Source of the DNA: Halanaerobiales bacterium
Lineage (GTDB): Bacteria; Bacillota; Halanaerobiia; Halanaerobiales; M55B127
Assembly (NCBI GenBank): GCA_018334565.1
Contig: JAGXLU010000006.1
Coordinates: forward strand, 6,056 to 70,055
Reading direction: 5' to 3'
Length of the DNA stretch: 64,000 bases
Below the pieces are notes generated by a model. It had not been told where the DNA came from, did not search any database, and saw only the letters and a program-made list of their open reading frames with translations. A program made the translations under genes and the position numbers. Below, piece after piece: positions 30,246 to 38,277 of the stretch. The first letter of the stretch is position 1, and the number at the start of each line of letters is the position of its first letter.

Positions 30246-31058
30246 TTAAACTTCTTTTAAAATTGCTTTAATAAAAGTGGAAAATTCTAATTTAACCTCT
30301 TCGGCTACCTTCATTACCTCTTTATGATCTAAAGGTTGTGGCAATACACCGGCTGCCATATTTGTAATACAGGAGATCCCTAATATATTAAAACCCATAT
30401 GATTAGCTGTGATCGCCTCAGGTACGGTTGACATCCCAACTGCATCAGCCCCTGCTTTTCTTAAATATCTAATTTCGGCTGGGGTTTCATAACTAGGACC
30501 CATCAACCCTACATAGACTCCTTTGACTACTTTGATCTCATTTTGGACTGCTTTTTTATATGCCAACTCTCTTAATTCTTCGTTATATATCTCAGACATA
30601 TCGGGAAACCGGGGGCCAAATTCTTCTAAATTTTTACCTCTTAATGGGTTATCACCCATCAGATTTATATGATCCTGAATGATCATAAAATTACCCGGAT
30701 TATAATTAATATTGATGCCTCCAGCCGCATTAGTTATGATTAATTTTTTAATACCCAATTTATGCATAATTCGAATCGGAAGTACAATTTCATCCATACT
30801 GTAACCCTCATAATAATGGAAACGCCCCTGCATAACCATAATCTGTTTGTTATTTATTCTGCCAAAGACAAATTGACCAAGATGGCCCTGTACTGTGGAA
30901 ACCGGAAAATTCGGAATATCTTTATATTTAATAACCTTTTTGTCTTCCAGTTCTTCAGCCAAATCCCCTAAACCCGAACCCAAAATGAGGGCTGTTTCTA
31001 CCCCACTTTTTATTTCAGATTTGATGTATTTAGCCGCCTCTTTAATTTTGTGAATCAT
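30246..31058 (-). CDS. punA: Purine nucleoside phosphorylase (trimeric PNP family, inosine/guanosine type)
   Basis: 270 aa. GSGLG, GRFHYYEGY, VGMSTVPE and TNMAAG motifs. Confidence 0.9.
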   Translation of the reverse strand: MIHKIKEAAKYIKSEIKSGVETALILGSGLGDLAEELEDKKVIKYKDIPNFPVSTVQGHLGQFVFGRINNKQIMVMQGRFHYYEGYSMDEIVLPIRIMHKLGIKKLIITNAAGGININYNPGNFMIIQDHINLMGDNPLRGKNLEEFGPRFPDMSEIYNEELRELAYKKAVQNEIKVVKGVYVGLMGPSYETPAEIRYLRKAGADAVGMSTVPEAITANHMGFNILGISCITNMAAGVLPQPLDHKEVMKVAEEVKLEFSTFIKAILKEV

Positions 31059-31352
31059 ATCTATCCTCCTTAAAATTCTCTTTATCGAACTATCAGTATT
31101 AGTTAGTGATAAAAATTCATATTCATATTATTTCATTAGGTTTCTTTACTTAATAATTTTATAATATATTACCTTAAATAGCAACATATTAGAAATTTTT
31201 GTTAAATAGTCTTCTAAAACTAAATTACTTTTAACTTAAATATATTTAAATAGTCCTAATACTATTAATTTCGATTTCAATATTATCCGATTATATTGAA
31301 ACTTATAATACTCCTTTTATCTATTATACATATATTCTCTGATTATATTTTT

Positions 31353-31384
31353 AAAGAGGTCAAAGATTAATCTTTGACCTCTTT
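31353..31384 (-). terminator. Hairpin terminator candidate after galE
   Basis: A perfect 14-bp inverted repeat, AAAGAGGTCAAAGA-TTAA-TCTTTGACCTCTTT, lies 42 nt after the galE stop. The U-tract is short (TTT then AAAAA), so efficiency is uncertain. Confidence 0.5.
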
Positions 31385-31426
31385 AATACCAAATTGCGAT
31401 ATACTTATTGCTATCACATTAATTGA

Positions 31427-32407
31427 TTATTCCTTTTCAAAACCACCCTTTTTATGCCATTGCCAGGCTGTTTCTATTATCGTATCAAGATCAGGGAAAT
31501 TGGCCGACCAGTTCAACTCTTCTTTTATCTTTTGTGCACTGGCAATCAACCGAGCTGGATCACCTGGTCTTCTTTTTGCTTCTTCAGCAATAATATTACT
31601 ATTTGTAACTTTTCTAACAGTTTCGATAACTTCCCTGACTGTATAACCCTGGCCGTTCCCTAGATTATAGATACTGCTCTCTTTGGCCTGCATAAGCGCC
31701 CTGAGGGCAAAAAGATGAGCAGTTGCAAGATCATTAACATGTATATAATCCCTTACACATGTTCCATCTCGTGTGCTGTAGTCATTACCAAAAATAAAGA
31801 TCCTTTCCTTTTTATTTAAAGCGACATCTAAGATTAGAGGAATCAAATGTGTTTCCGGTTTATGATCCTCACCAATTTCTCCAGACGGATCTGCCCCGGC
31901 TGCATTAAAATATCTCAAAGAAATGTATTTAAGATTAAATATTTTATCATAGCGCTCCATGACTTTTTCAAAAAAATACTTGCTTTCTCCATATGGATTA
32001 CTGGGACAAATTGGATGCTCTTCTGTTATTGGTATCTTTTGAGGTTCACCATAGACAGCTGCTGTAGAGGAAAATACAATATTTTTAATATTATACTCAA
32101 CCATCATCTCCAGTAATCTAATGCTTTTATCAAGATTATTATGGTAATACTTGGCGGGATCTTTCATCGATTCTCCCACCAGACTATCTGCCGCAAGATG
32201 AATAACTGCTTTAATATTATTATTCTCAAAAATATTTTTTAAAAGTTGTTTATCACCGAAATCTCCTTTGATTAATCTACCGCCTAAAACAGCTTTTTCA
32301 TGGCCCTTATTTAGATTATCAAGAGTGATAACATCAAATTTATTAAGAAGTGTTTTTACCACATGGCTTCCGATATAACCGGCTCCCCCGGTAACTAATA
32401 TACTCAT
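31427..32407 (-). CDS. galE: UDP-glucose 4-epimerase
   Basis: GGAGYIGSH Rossmann motif, a YGESK catalytic YxxxK, and full-length similarity to GalE. The ATG at 32407 is preferred over the TTG at 32410. Confidence 0.9.
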   Translation of the reverse strand: MSILVTGGAGYIGSHVVKTLLNKFDVITLDNLNKGHEKAVLGGRLIKGDFGDKQLLKNIFENNNIKAVIHLAADSLVGESMKDPAKYYHNNLDKSIRLLEMMVEYNIKNIVFSSTAAVYGEPQKIPITEEHPICPSNPYGESKYFFEKVMERYDKIFNLKYISLRYFNAAGADPSGEIGEDHKPETHLIPLILDVALNKKERIFIFGNDYSTRDGTCVRDYIHVNDLATAHLFALRALMQAKESSIYNLGNGQGYTVREVIETVRKVTNSNIIAEEAKRRPGDPARLIASAQKIKEELNWSANFPDLDTIIETAWQWHKKGGFEKE

Positions 32408-32487
32408 CAATTCAACTCTCCCATCCGAAGTTGTTTGTCATTTGCATAACAATACTTGCTATTTTATATAAGCAAGGGTGAAACTGT

Positions 32488-32540
32488 AAAAAAAGATCAG
32501 GATTTAATTACTTCCTGCTTTAAGTTGGTTCTATCCTGAT
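32488..32540 (-). terminator. Terminator-like hairpin with T7 run at the distal end of the IscB relic
   Basis: Minus-strand ATCAGGAT (32533-32540) pairs with ATCCTGAT (32496-32503). There is an inner ACTT/AAGT stem, and the hairpin is followed by C+TTTTTTT (32488-32494). The 29-nt loop is atypically large. Confidence 0.4.
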
Positions 32541-33017
32541 TTTATCTAAACATTGTCGCAGAAAACTCCTTTTAAATCTTGTTTTTGATTTGGTGGAGAT
32601 GAATGCAATAAGTCTTAGCTTCCTTTAGGTCTAGAATCTTTACGATTGTTAAAACGTTTTTCTTACTATCTCAGTCTTTTTTTGACGTTATCTGTAATAT
32701 TTACATCTTTTTTCTAAAGGCTGTTTCATCCCTTTCAGAAGTTCAATTTCAACACTATAAACTTCAGCTTTTGCAATTGCAGCAAATACTTTAACATTTT
32801 TGTAGCCTGTATCATTAAAAAAGTTTACTTTTTGTGTATGACGACCAGTTTTAAAGGTAAGTTGTATTGTAAAAGGTTTAGTTTGAATAGGTACAGCTTT
32901 ACCATCATCTCAGAGATGTCTTAGAATACCAAGCTTTTGCGTTGGCATTAACAAAGTACCGTCTTTTGCTATAACATATACATATAGAGTTTTCCCTAAG
33001 CCTGTAATTCTAACCAT
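32523..33017 (-). pseudogene. iscB: Decayed, truncated IscB (RRXRR/PLMP-RuvC N-terminal part) pseudogene, an IS200/IS605-family OMEGA nuclease relic
   Basis: My own single-frame minus-strand translation reads ...LYVYVIAKDGTLLMPTQKLGILRHL*DDGKAVPIQTKPFTIQLTFKTGRHTQKVNFFNDTGYKNVKVFAAIAKAEVYSVEIELLKGMKQPLEKRCKYYR*RQKK.... This matches the IscB PLMP domain, the RuvC-I segment and the Arg-rich bridge helix. The frame carries six stops and no frameshift, and the HNH and C-terminal parts are missing. Confidence 0.7.
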
Positions 33018-33116
33018 AAAACGAGGAACTTGGGAAACACTCCAGGGAACCTCAATATTTTCTAACATATCATAGCTAACTAAGATTTAGGCTAATCAAC
33101 TGGGTTCTTAACAAGC

Positions 33117-33143
33117 CTCATCCAAATCGATGATTTGGATGGG
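33117..33143 (-). terminator. Stem-loop directly after the aminopeptidase stop (weak terminator, or a relic of the IS left-end/omega-RNA 5' region)
   Basis: Minus-strand CCCATCCAAATC-ATC-GATTTGGATGAGG (12 bp including one G.U pair). There is no clear U-tract; it is followed by CTTGTTAAG. Confidence 0.35.
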
Positions 33144-33151
33144 AAAGTTGA

Positions 33152-34255
33152 CTATATTAGAAACTTACCATCCTCATAGATTAATTCTCCATCAGCATAT
33201 ATCTGGCCACCTTGACTCATATCACACAGCATATCCCAGTGAATAGTTGATTCATTTTTGCCTTTTGTTTCAGGATAGCTATTACCTAAAGCAAGATGAA
33301 CTGTACCACCAATTTTTTCATCAAAAAGCATATTACGGCTGAATTTATTAATTCCGTAATTACAGCCGATAGCAACTTCTCCTAAATATCTTGATCCCTG
33401 ATCTGTATCAAGCAAGGTTTTTAAGAGTTCTTCCCCTTTTTCGGCGGAAGCCTTGATCACTTTACCATTTTCGAAGCTCAATTTAATATCCTCAATTTCC
33501 TTACCATGAAAAATACCAGGATAGGAAAACCTAATATGACCCTCGGCCGAATCTTCTACTGGTCCAGTAAAGACCTCACCGCCGGGGTAATTTTCTTTGC
33601 CCTTATCTGCAATCCACTTTCTACCTTCAACATTAAATTTAATATCAGTATCATTAGATTTATAGTGAATTGTTTTAACTTCATTGAGATAGTCAGCAAT
33701 ACTCTTTAGTTCTTCTCCTAACTCTCTCCAATAATTAAGCGGATCATCTTCATACAAATGACAGGCATTGAAGACAAAATCTTCATATTCTGAGAGAGAC
33801 ATCTTAGCTTCCTGTGCATCGGCTGAAGTAGGGTATTGACATAAAGTCCAATTAAGATCTCCTTCAGAGGCCCTTTTCATATGTATCTTCATCAACTCTC
33901 TATTTGCTAAACTTCTCTTTTTCATCTTTTGGGGATCAACATTGGTCATCCCCTTTGTATTATAATGAGCTAATATAGAAATAGAGGCATCTATATTTTC
34001 TATTAGATATTTTCTTATAGGAGACTGATAATCAAGCTGATTTTCAGAAGCGTTTTCATAAAAAAGTTCATCTTTACCTGCAAAAGTAGGAATTACTATG
34101 GGATGAGCTCCCCTTTTAAGAACCTTTACATATACAGCCTTAATCAAGGGTTCCGCTGCCATTGCTCCTTGGATTAAAACCTGCTCATCTTCTTTAACTT
34201 CTACAGAATAATCAACCAATACATCTGCATATTTTTCTAATATAGGGTTAATCAT
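33152..34255 (-). CDS. M29 family aminopeptidase (AmpS/PepS/aminopeptidase T-like)
   Basis: 367 aa. N-terminal LEKYADVLVDYSVEVKEDEQVLIQG, and the C-terminal GGTVHLALG and TIHWDMLCDM metal-site blocks typical of M29. Confidence 0.8.
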   Translation of the reverse strand: MINPILEKYADVLVDYSVEVKEDEQVLIQGAMAAEPLIKAVYVKVLKRGAHPIVIPTFAGKDELFYENASENQLDYQSPIRKYLIENIDASISILAHYNTKGMTNVDPQKMKKRSLANRELMKIHMKRASEGDLNWTLCQYPTSADAQEAKMSLSEYEDFVFNACHLYEDDPLNYWRELGEELKSIADYLNEVKTIHYKSNDTDIKFNVEGRKWIADKGKENYPGGEVFTGPVEDSAEGHIRFSYPGIFHGKEIEDIKLSFENGKVIKASAEKGEELLKTLLDTDQGSRYLGEVAIGCNYGINKFSRNMLFDEKIGGTVHLALGNSYPETKGKNESTIHWDMLCDMSQGGQIYADGELIYEDGKFLI

Positions 34256-34278
34256 TAATATCCTCCTTTAGTTTTTAA

Positions 34279-34650
34279 CTACTCTAAACTAATAACTACA
34301 TGGTCTCCACCATCATCTACATCCACTATTTTACCTAAAGAAGCCTCATCTTCTATAGATTTTAATAATTCATCTAAATTAATATTATTTTCATTCATTT
34401 GATTCTTAGCTTTTTGAGGTATAATATTCATTGCAGTTTTAGCAATCATAATCGGTATCGATATATTGACCTTTTCTTTACCGTTTTCCTCAACCAGTAT
34501 TTTAATATACTTAGGTTGTTTTTTGTTACTTTTGGGCTTATCAAATGCAAGATCCCTCTTTGATAGAGTATCTAAGAGTTCATCAGCCTCTTTAGCATCA
34601 ATAGTGCCCTTTTCTAACATCTTTAGGATTTGCAGTCTTTCTTCACTCAC
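34279..34650 (-). CDS. Hypothetical protein with an N-terminal SHOCT-like helix (YvlB/LiaX N-terminal-like)
   Basis: 123 aa. MSEERLQILKMLEKGTIDAKEADELLDTL resembles the SHOCT-like domain. It is the conserved partner downstream of a DUF2089 gene. Confidence 0.55.
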   Translation of the reverse strand: MSEERLQILKMLEKGTIDAKEADELLDTLSKRDLAFDKPKSNKKQPKYIKILVEENGKEKVNISIPIMIAKTAMNIIPQKAKNQMNENNINLDELLKSIEDEASLGKIVDVDDGGDHVVISLE

Positions 34651-34670
34651 TTTATTATTCCCTCCTTTGT

Positions 34671-35048
34671 TTATATGTCTCCCAGCTCTTCAACTGCTTC
34701 AGAAGCATTAATTTCTCCGCTTTCAAGCCGGGCAAGTACTTCTTTTCTTTTTTCAGCCATTTCATCATCAGGGCTCTCATCTATATCATGACCTAAAGCA
34801 TGTATAACATCATCCAACTTATTTCGCACTGTTGGATATGAAATACCTAATTCCCTTTCAACCTCTTTTATATTGCCTCTTGACTTAACAAATACTTCAA
34901 TAAATTCCAGATGATCTTTTTTCAACTTTGAAAATTTATCCAATTTAAAGTTCCCATTAATCGTGGTCTGACAACTAGGACATTTTAATGAAGTAATAAT
35001 CATTTCATCACCACAAACCGGACAAGTACCAATTAAATTATGAATCAT
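34671..35048 (-). CDS. DUF2089 family zinc-ribbon/HTH protein (putative regulator)
   Basis: 125 aa. CPVCGDEM...LKCPSCQT zinc ribbon, an HTH-like LGISYPTVRNKLD, and a C-terminal SHOCT-like LARLESGEINASEAVEEL. Confidence 0.7.
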   Translation of the reverse strand: MIHNLIGTCPVCGDEMIITSLKCPSCQTTINGNFKLDKFSKLKKDHLEFIEVFVKSRGNIKEVERELGISYPTVRNKLDDVIHALGHDIDESPDDEMAEKRKEVLARLESGEINASEAVEELGDI

Positions 35049-35101
35049 TTTTTCATATCCCCCCTTTTTCTATTTTAATTTGTAATTCGCTTCTCATTAA
35101 T

Positions 35102-35130
35102 ATTATAATATTTTACTTTATAATTGTCAA
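35102..35130 (-). promoter_or_regulatory. Consensus sigma-A promoter for the DUF2089 - SHOCT-like - aminopeptidase unit
   Basis: The minus strand reads TTGACA-17 nt-TATAAT exactly (-35 at 35125-35130, -10 at 35102-35107), about 50 nt upstream of the DUF2089 ATG. Confidence 0.7.
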
Positions 35131-35176
35131 GTTTTGTATTAATATTTTTAATGTTTTAATTAACATATTTAATTCA

Positions 35177-36349
35177 TCACTCCATTTTGCCGTATATTCC
35201 TCCTCCTCCACTTATAATTTCTGCTTGACCTTTTCTTGCTTTTTCGATTCTATCTGCTAGCTTTTTATTTAAAACTTCTTTTAAACTATAATAATCAACC
35301 TCATGTAAGACGTTCATTTCACTTGTAAAACGATCTAATAATTTCTGTAAAGTCTTTTTACCTATTCCTGGTATGTCCAATAAAGGAATCTGATATATAT
35401 ATTCTGCCCGGTAGGTGGGGTGATTTACCGGCTGATCAGAGATCTCTAAAATCCTATCTTTTACACCCATAACCAGCTTTTTTTTACAATTCGGACATTT
35501 GAGAACAGCTTGTTTAGTGTTAAAGGTTAAATCACATTTTTGGCAATAAGAGCGGTGATATTTACCCAAACGAGGATCAAGACCATAGTTGGCTTTAACT
35601 TTTCTTTTACCCTTTCTTTTAAGGGCTGCTTTAAATTCGTTGAAGTTCGGTGTTTTCATGGTTAAAATATTATATTCTCTAGCTATTTTGGCAAGGGAAT
35701 GGGCATCTGAATTAGCAAGGAAAGACTTTTTTGCAAGTTCACTTAATCGATCTGCTAACTGGCTGTCTGCACTCAAGCCAAGTTCAATTGCTGGTATTGA
35801 CCTCCATTCCTCTTCACTAAAAACCTCTTTATAACTAACAAAGGCATTACCATAAAAACTCTTATGGGGAGTAAATAGATGAGCAGGTACCATTATGCCA
35901 TTACACGCCTTAATTATCTTAAGGATTGCAGAGCCAGTTAAGCCTGTAACTTGGGTACTTAGGTTTGTATTTTTTATATAATGAGCCATTATAGTGGTAA
36001 ATTCCTTTATATTATCAAGAAATGGAAAGTAAGCTAGATAATGAACCATACCCCCATTATCTTCCCTACTTTCTATTTCGGCACCTGGGATGATTACCAG
36101 ATCTTTTTTGTATTGAAACCCGCCTTCTTTTATTTCTTTTAATTGCCCGCCCTTTAACATTGAACTAATATCTTTTTGTACCCGGGGTGAAGCACAGTCT
36201 ATAATTCCAATCAAATCAAGTCCCTTACGTTGATTACTTTCCTTTACTATGTTTTTAAAGTTGAGCTTTCTGGAAGCCGTTATTTTAACTGGCTTTCCAT
36301 TTGAAGCTGCTCCAATATGAATGTGCATGTCAGCATAATAATCATTCAT
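35177..36349 (-). CDS. Endonuclease Q (PHP-domain, TIGR00375 family; cleaves 5' of deaminated bases)
   Basis: 390 aa. ADMHIHIG, PAHLFTPHKSFYG, ELGLSADS...NSDAHS, GLDPRLGKYH, zinc finger C..C...CPNC, GVKDRILE, and a C-terminal GGGGIYGK. All of these align with the Pyrococcus and Bacillus EndoQ blocks as I recall them. Confidence 0.8.
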   Translation of the reverse strand: MNDYYADMHIHIGAASNGKPVKITASRKLNFKNIVKESNQRKGLDLIGIIDCASPRVQKDISSMLKGGQLKEIKEGGFQYKKDLVIIPGAEIESREDNGGMVHYLAYFPFLDNIKEFTTIMAHYIKNTNLSTQVTGLTGSAILKIIKACNGIMVPAHLFTPHKSFYGNAFVSYKEVFSEEEWRSIPAIELGLSADSQLADRLSELAKKSFLANSDAHSLAKIAREYNILTMKTPNFNEFKAALKRKGKRKVKANYGLDPRLGKYHRSYCQKCDLTFNTKQAVLKCPNCKKKLVMGVKDRILEISDQPVNHPTYRAEYIYQIPLLDIPGIGKKTLQKLLDRFTSEMNVLHEVDYYSLKEVLNKKLADRIEKARKGQAEIISGGGGIYGKME

Positions 36350-36887
36350 TTTTTTCAGACCTGTTTAAATACCAGAGCAGTCCTATAATTGACTTGCTGT
36401 CCTTAATCTGACCATTTATTATCTTTGATAAGATCTCTTTTTTGTCTATCTCAACAGTTTCAATATACTCACCCTTATCCAAGTTTTGACCAAAATATCT
36501 AAGCCCTTCTGCTATAAAAAGATAAAGATTCTCACTGCTATAACCGGGAGTGGTATAAAAACTAAAGAGTCTCTTAATCTTCAATGGGCGGTAACCGGTT
36601 TCCTCTTCTAACTCTCGAGCTGCACATTTATCAATATCCTCTCCATCTTCCAATTTACCGGCGGGAAGTTCTAAAATAACTTCATCAACAGAAATTCTAT
36701 ACTGTTTTACCATTAAGATCTTACCGCTTTCGGTAATAGGGATAATAGAAACTCCTCCCATGTGTTCTACAACCTCTCTGTAAGTTTGATAACCATCATA
36801 GAGTTTAACTTTATCTTTGCGCAAATTCAAGATAGCTCCCTTATATATGTATTCACTATCAATAACTTTTTCCTTATATTTTTCCAA
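36342..36887 (-). CDS. nudF: Nudix hydrolase, ADP-ribose pyrophosphatase (NudF/YqkG) type
   Basis: 181 aa. Nudix box GKLEDGEDIDKCAARELEEETGY, a TTG start after GAGAGGTG, and an 8-nt overlap with the EndoQ start. Confidence 0.8.
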   Translation of the reverse strand: MEKYKEKVIDSEYIYKGAILNLRKDKVKLYDGYQTYREVVEHMGGVSIIPITESGKILMVKQYRISVDEVILELPAGKLEDGEDIDKCAARELEEETGYRPLKIKRLFSFYTTPGYSSENLYLFIAEGLRYFGQNLDKGEYIETVEIDKKEILSKIINGQIKDSKSIIGLLWYLNRSEKNE

Positions 36888-36941
36888 TTTAAATTCACCT
36901 CTCTGTCTTCATTGTATTTTATTTTAACACCTTTAGACCAT

Positions 36942-36970
36942 AAAAAAAAGCCCACCCCTGCAGAGTGGAC
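36942..36970 (-). terminator. Intrinsic terminator after the 2-oxoacid:ferredoxin oxidoreductase operon
   Basis: Minus-strand GTCCAC-9 nt-GTGGGC stem followed by TTTTTTTT, 25 nt after the gamma-subunit stop. Confidence 0.7.
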
Positions 36971-36995
36971 TCAATCTTTATAAGAAAAAAATATT

Positions 36996-37529
36996 TTATT
37001 TATATTCTTTGCCCTTCTCAAGAGCCTTAAGATTGAGGTCAATAAGGTCCTGATTACGGGCTGATAGAACACTTTCCAGTGAATTTTTAACTGTTTTTAG
37101 TTTTATAACATCTTTATTTTCTATATATGACCCCAGCATAACCATGTTGGCAATTTTTGAATTACCCAGTTGATTAGCTATTTCATTGGCCGGTATTTTT
37201 ATGACCTTAATATCATCTCTTTTTACATCTTCTTCAATTAATGTACTGTTTAAAAATACCGTGCCTCCACTTTTAACCTGTGGCAAAAATTTATCAAATG
37301 AGGGTAAGTTCATAACGATTATTGAATCAGGCTGAGTAGTCATAGGAGATGGTATTAGTTTATCTGAAACAATAACTGTACAGTTCGCCGTTCCACCTCT
37401 CATTTCGGGTCCATAGGAAGGCATCCAGGATACTTCTTTACCTTCTTTCATTCCAGCATAAGAAATCAGCTTACCCATTAACATTATGCCCTGACCACCA
37501 AAACCTGCTAAAATAATTTCTTCTTTCAT
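36996..37529 (-). CDS. 2-oxoacid:ferredoxin oxidoreductase, gamma subunit
   Basis: 177 aa with the AGFGGQG..LMGKL N-terminus typical of POR/KOR/VOR gamma subunits. Confidence 0.85.
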   Translation of the reverse strand: MKEEIILAGFGGQGIMLMGKLISYAGMKEGKEVSWMPSYGPEMRGGTANCTVIVSDKLIPSPMTTQPDSIIVMNLPSFDKFLPQVKSGGTVFLNSTLIEEDVKRDDIKVIKIPANEIANQLGNSKIANMVMLGSYIENKDVIKLKTVKNSLESVLSARNQDLIDLNLKALEKGKEYK

Positions 37530-37530
37530 T

Positions 37531-38277
37531 CTACTCCACCCCCTCAGGTGTTTTTAGATCGCCTAGAGGATAGGTCTTTATCATATTATTTTTTAGCCAC
37601 TCGATAGCATCCAAAGGCTTCATACCCCAGTTAGTAGGACAGGTTGATAACACTTCAACTAGAGAAAAACCCTTGCCTTCTAATTGGATCTCAAAAGATT
37701 TCTTGATTGCCTTTTTAGCTTTTCTAATGTGTTTGGGATCATGTACTGATACCCGGGCAATATAGGCCGAACCATCCAGTTCTGTGAGCATTTCTGACAT
37801 TTTAATGGGAAAACCGGCTTCCTTCACATCACGTCCAAAAGGCGAAGTGGTAGTTCTTTGCCCTTCCAAAGAAGTGGGGGCCATCTGACCACCTGTCATT
37901 CCATATATTGCATTATTAACAAAAACCGTACTGATCAGTTCTCCCCGGTTAGCAGCATGTACAATTTCAGCTGTACCAATTGAAGCCAAATCGCCATCTC
38001 CCTGGTAGGTAAAGACAAATTTATCAGGATGGACTCTTTTTATACCGGTCGCCACAGCAGGAGCTCTACCATGTGAGGCCTCATGCATATCTACATCAAA
38101 GTATTCATAGGCCAAAACAGAACAACCTACTGGAGCTACACCAATTGTTTTTTCTTTTAGATCCAATTCATCTATAACTTCAGCTACAAGGCGGTGAATA
38201 ATTCCGTGTGTACAACCCGGACAATAATGAAATTGTTTATCAGTTAAAGAATCTGGATAACCTGCTACTTTTTTCAT
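37531..38277 (-). CDS. 2-oxoacid:ferredoxin oxidoreductase, beta (TPP-binding) subunit
   Basis: 248 aa with a CPGC..G Cys motif and the TPP motif GDGD...[10 protein letters not shown]. Confidence 0.85.
   Translation of the reverse strand: MKKVAGYPDSLTDKQFHYCPGCTHGIIHRLVAEVIDELDLKEKTIGVAPVGCSVLAYEYFDVDMHEASHGRAPAVATGIKRVHPDKFVFTYQGDGDLASIGTAEIVHAANRGELISTVFVNNAIYGMTGGQMAPTSLEGQRTTTSPFGRDVKEAGFPIKMSEMLTELDGSAYIARVSVHDPKHIRKAKKAIKKSFEIQLEGKGFSLVEVLSTCPTNWGMKPLDAIEWLKNNMIKTYPLGDLKTPEGVE

Noticed and set aside
31275-31301. A 9-bp inverted repeat, TTTCAATAT-N9-ATATTGAAA, in the punA upstream region, considered as a possible nucleoside-regulon operator
   Set aside because: It is purely AT-rich, matches no operator consensus I know, and is expected by chance in a 370-bp spacer of about 20% GC. 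The evidence is too weak to report as a feature.
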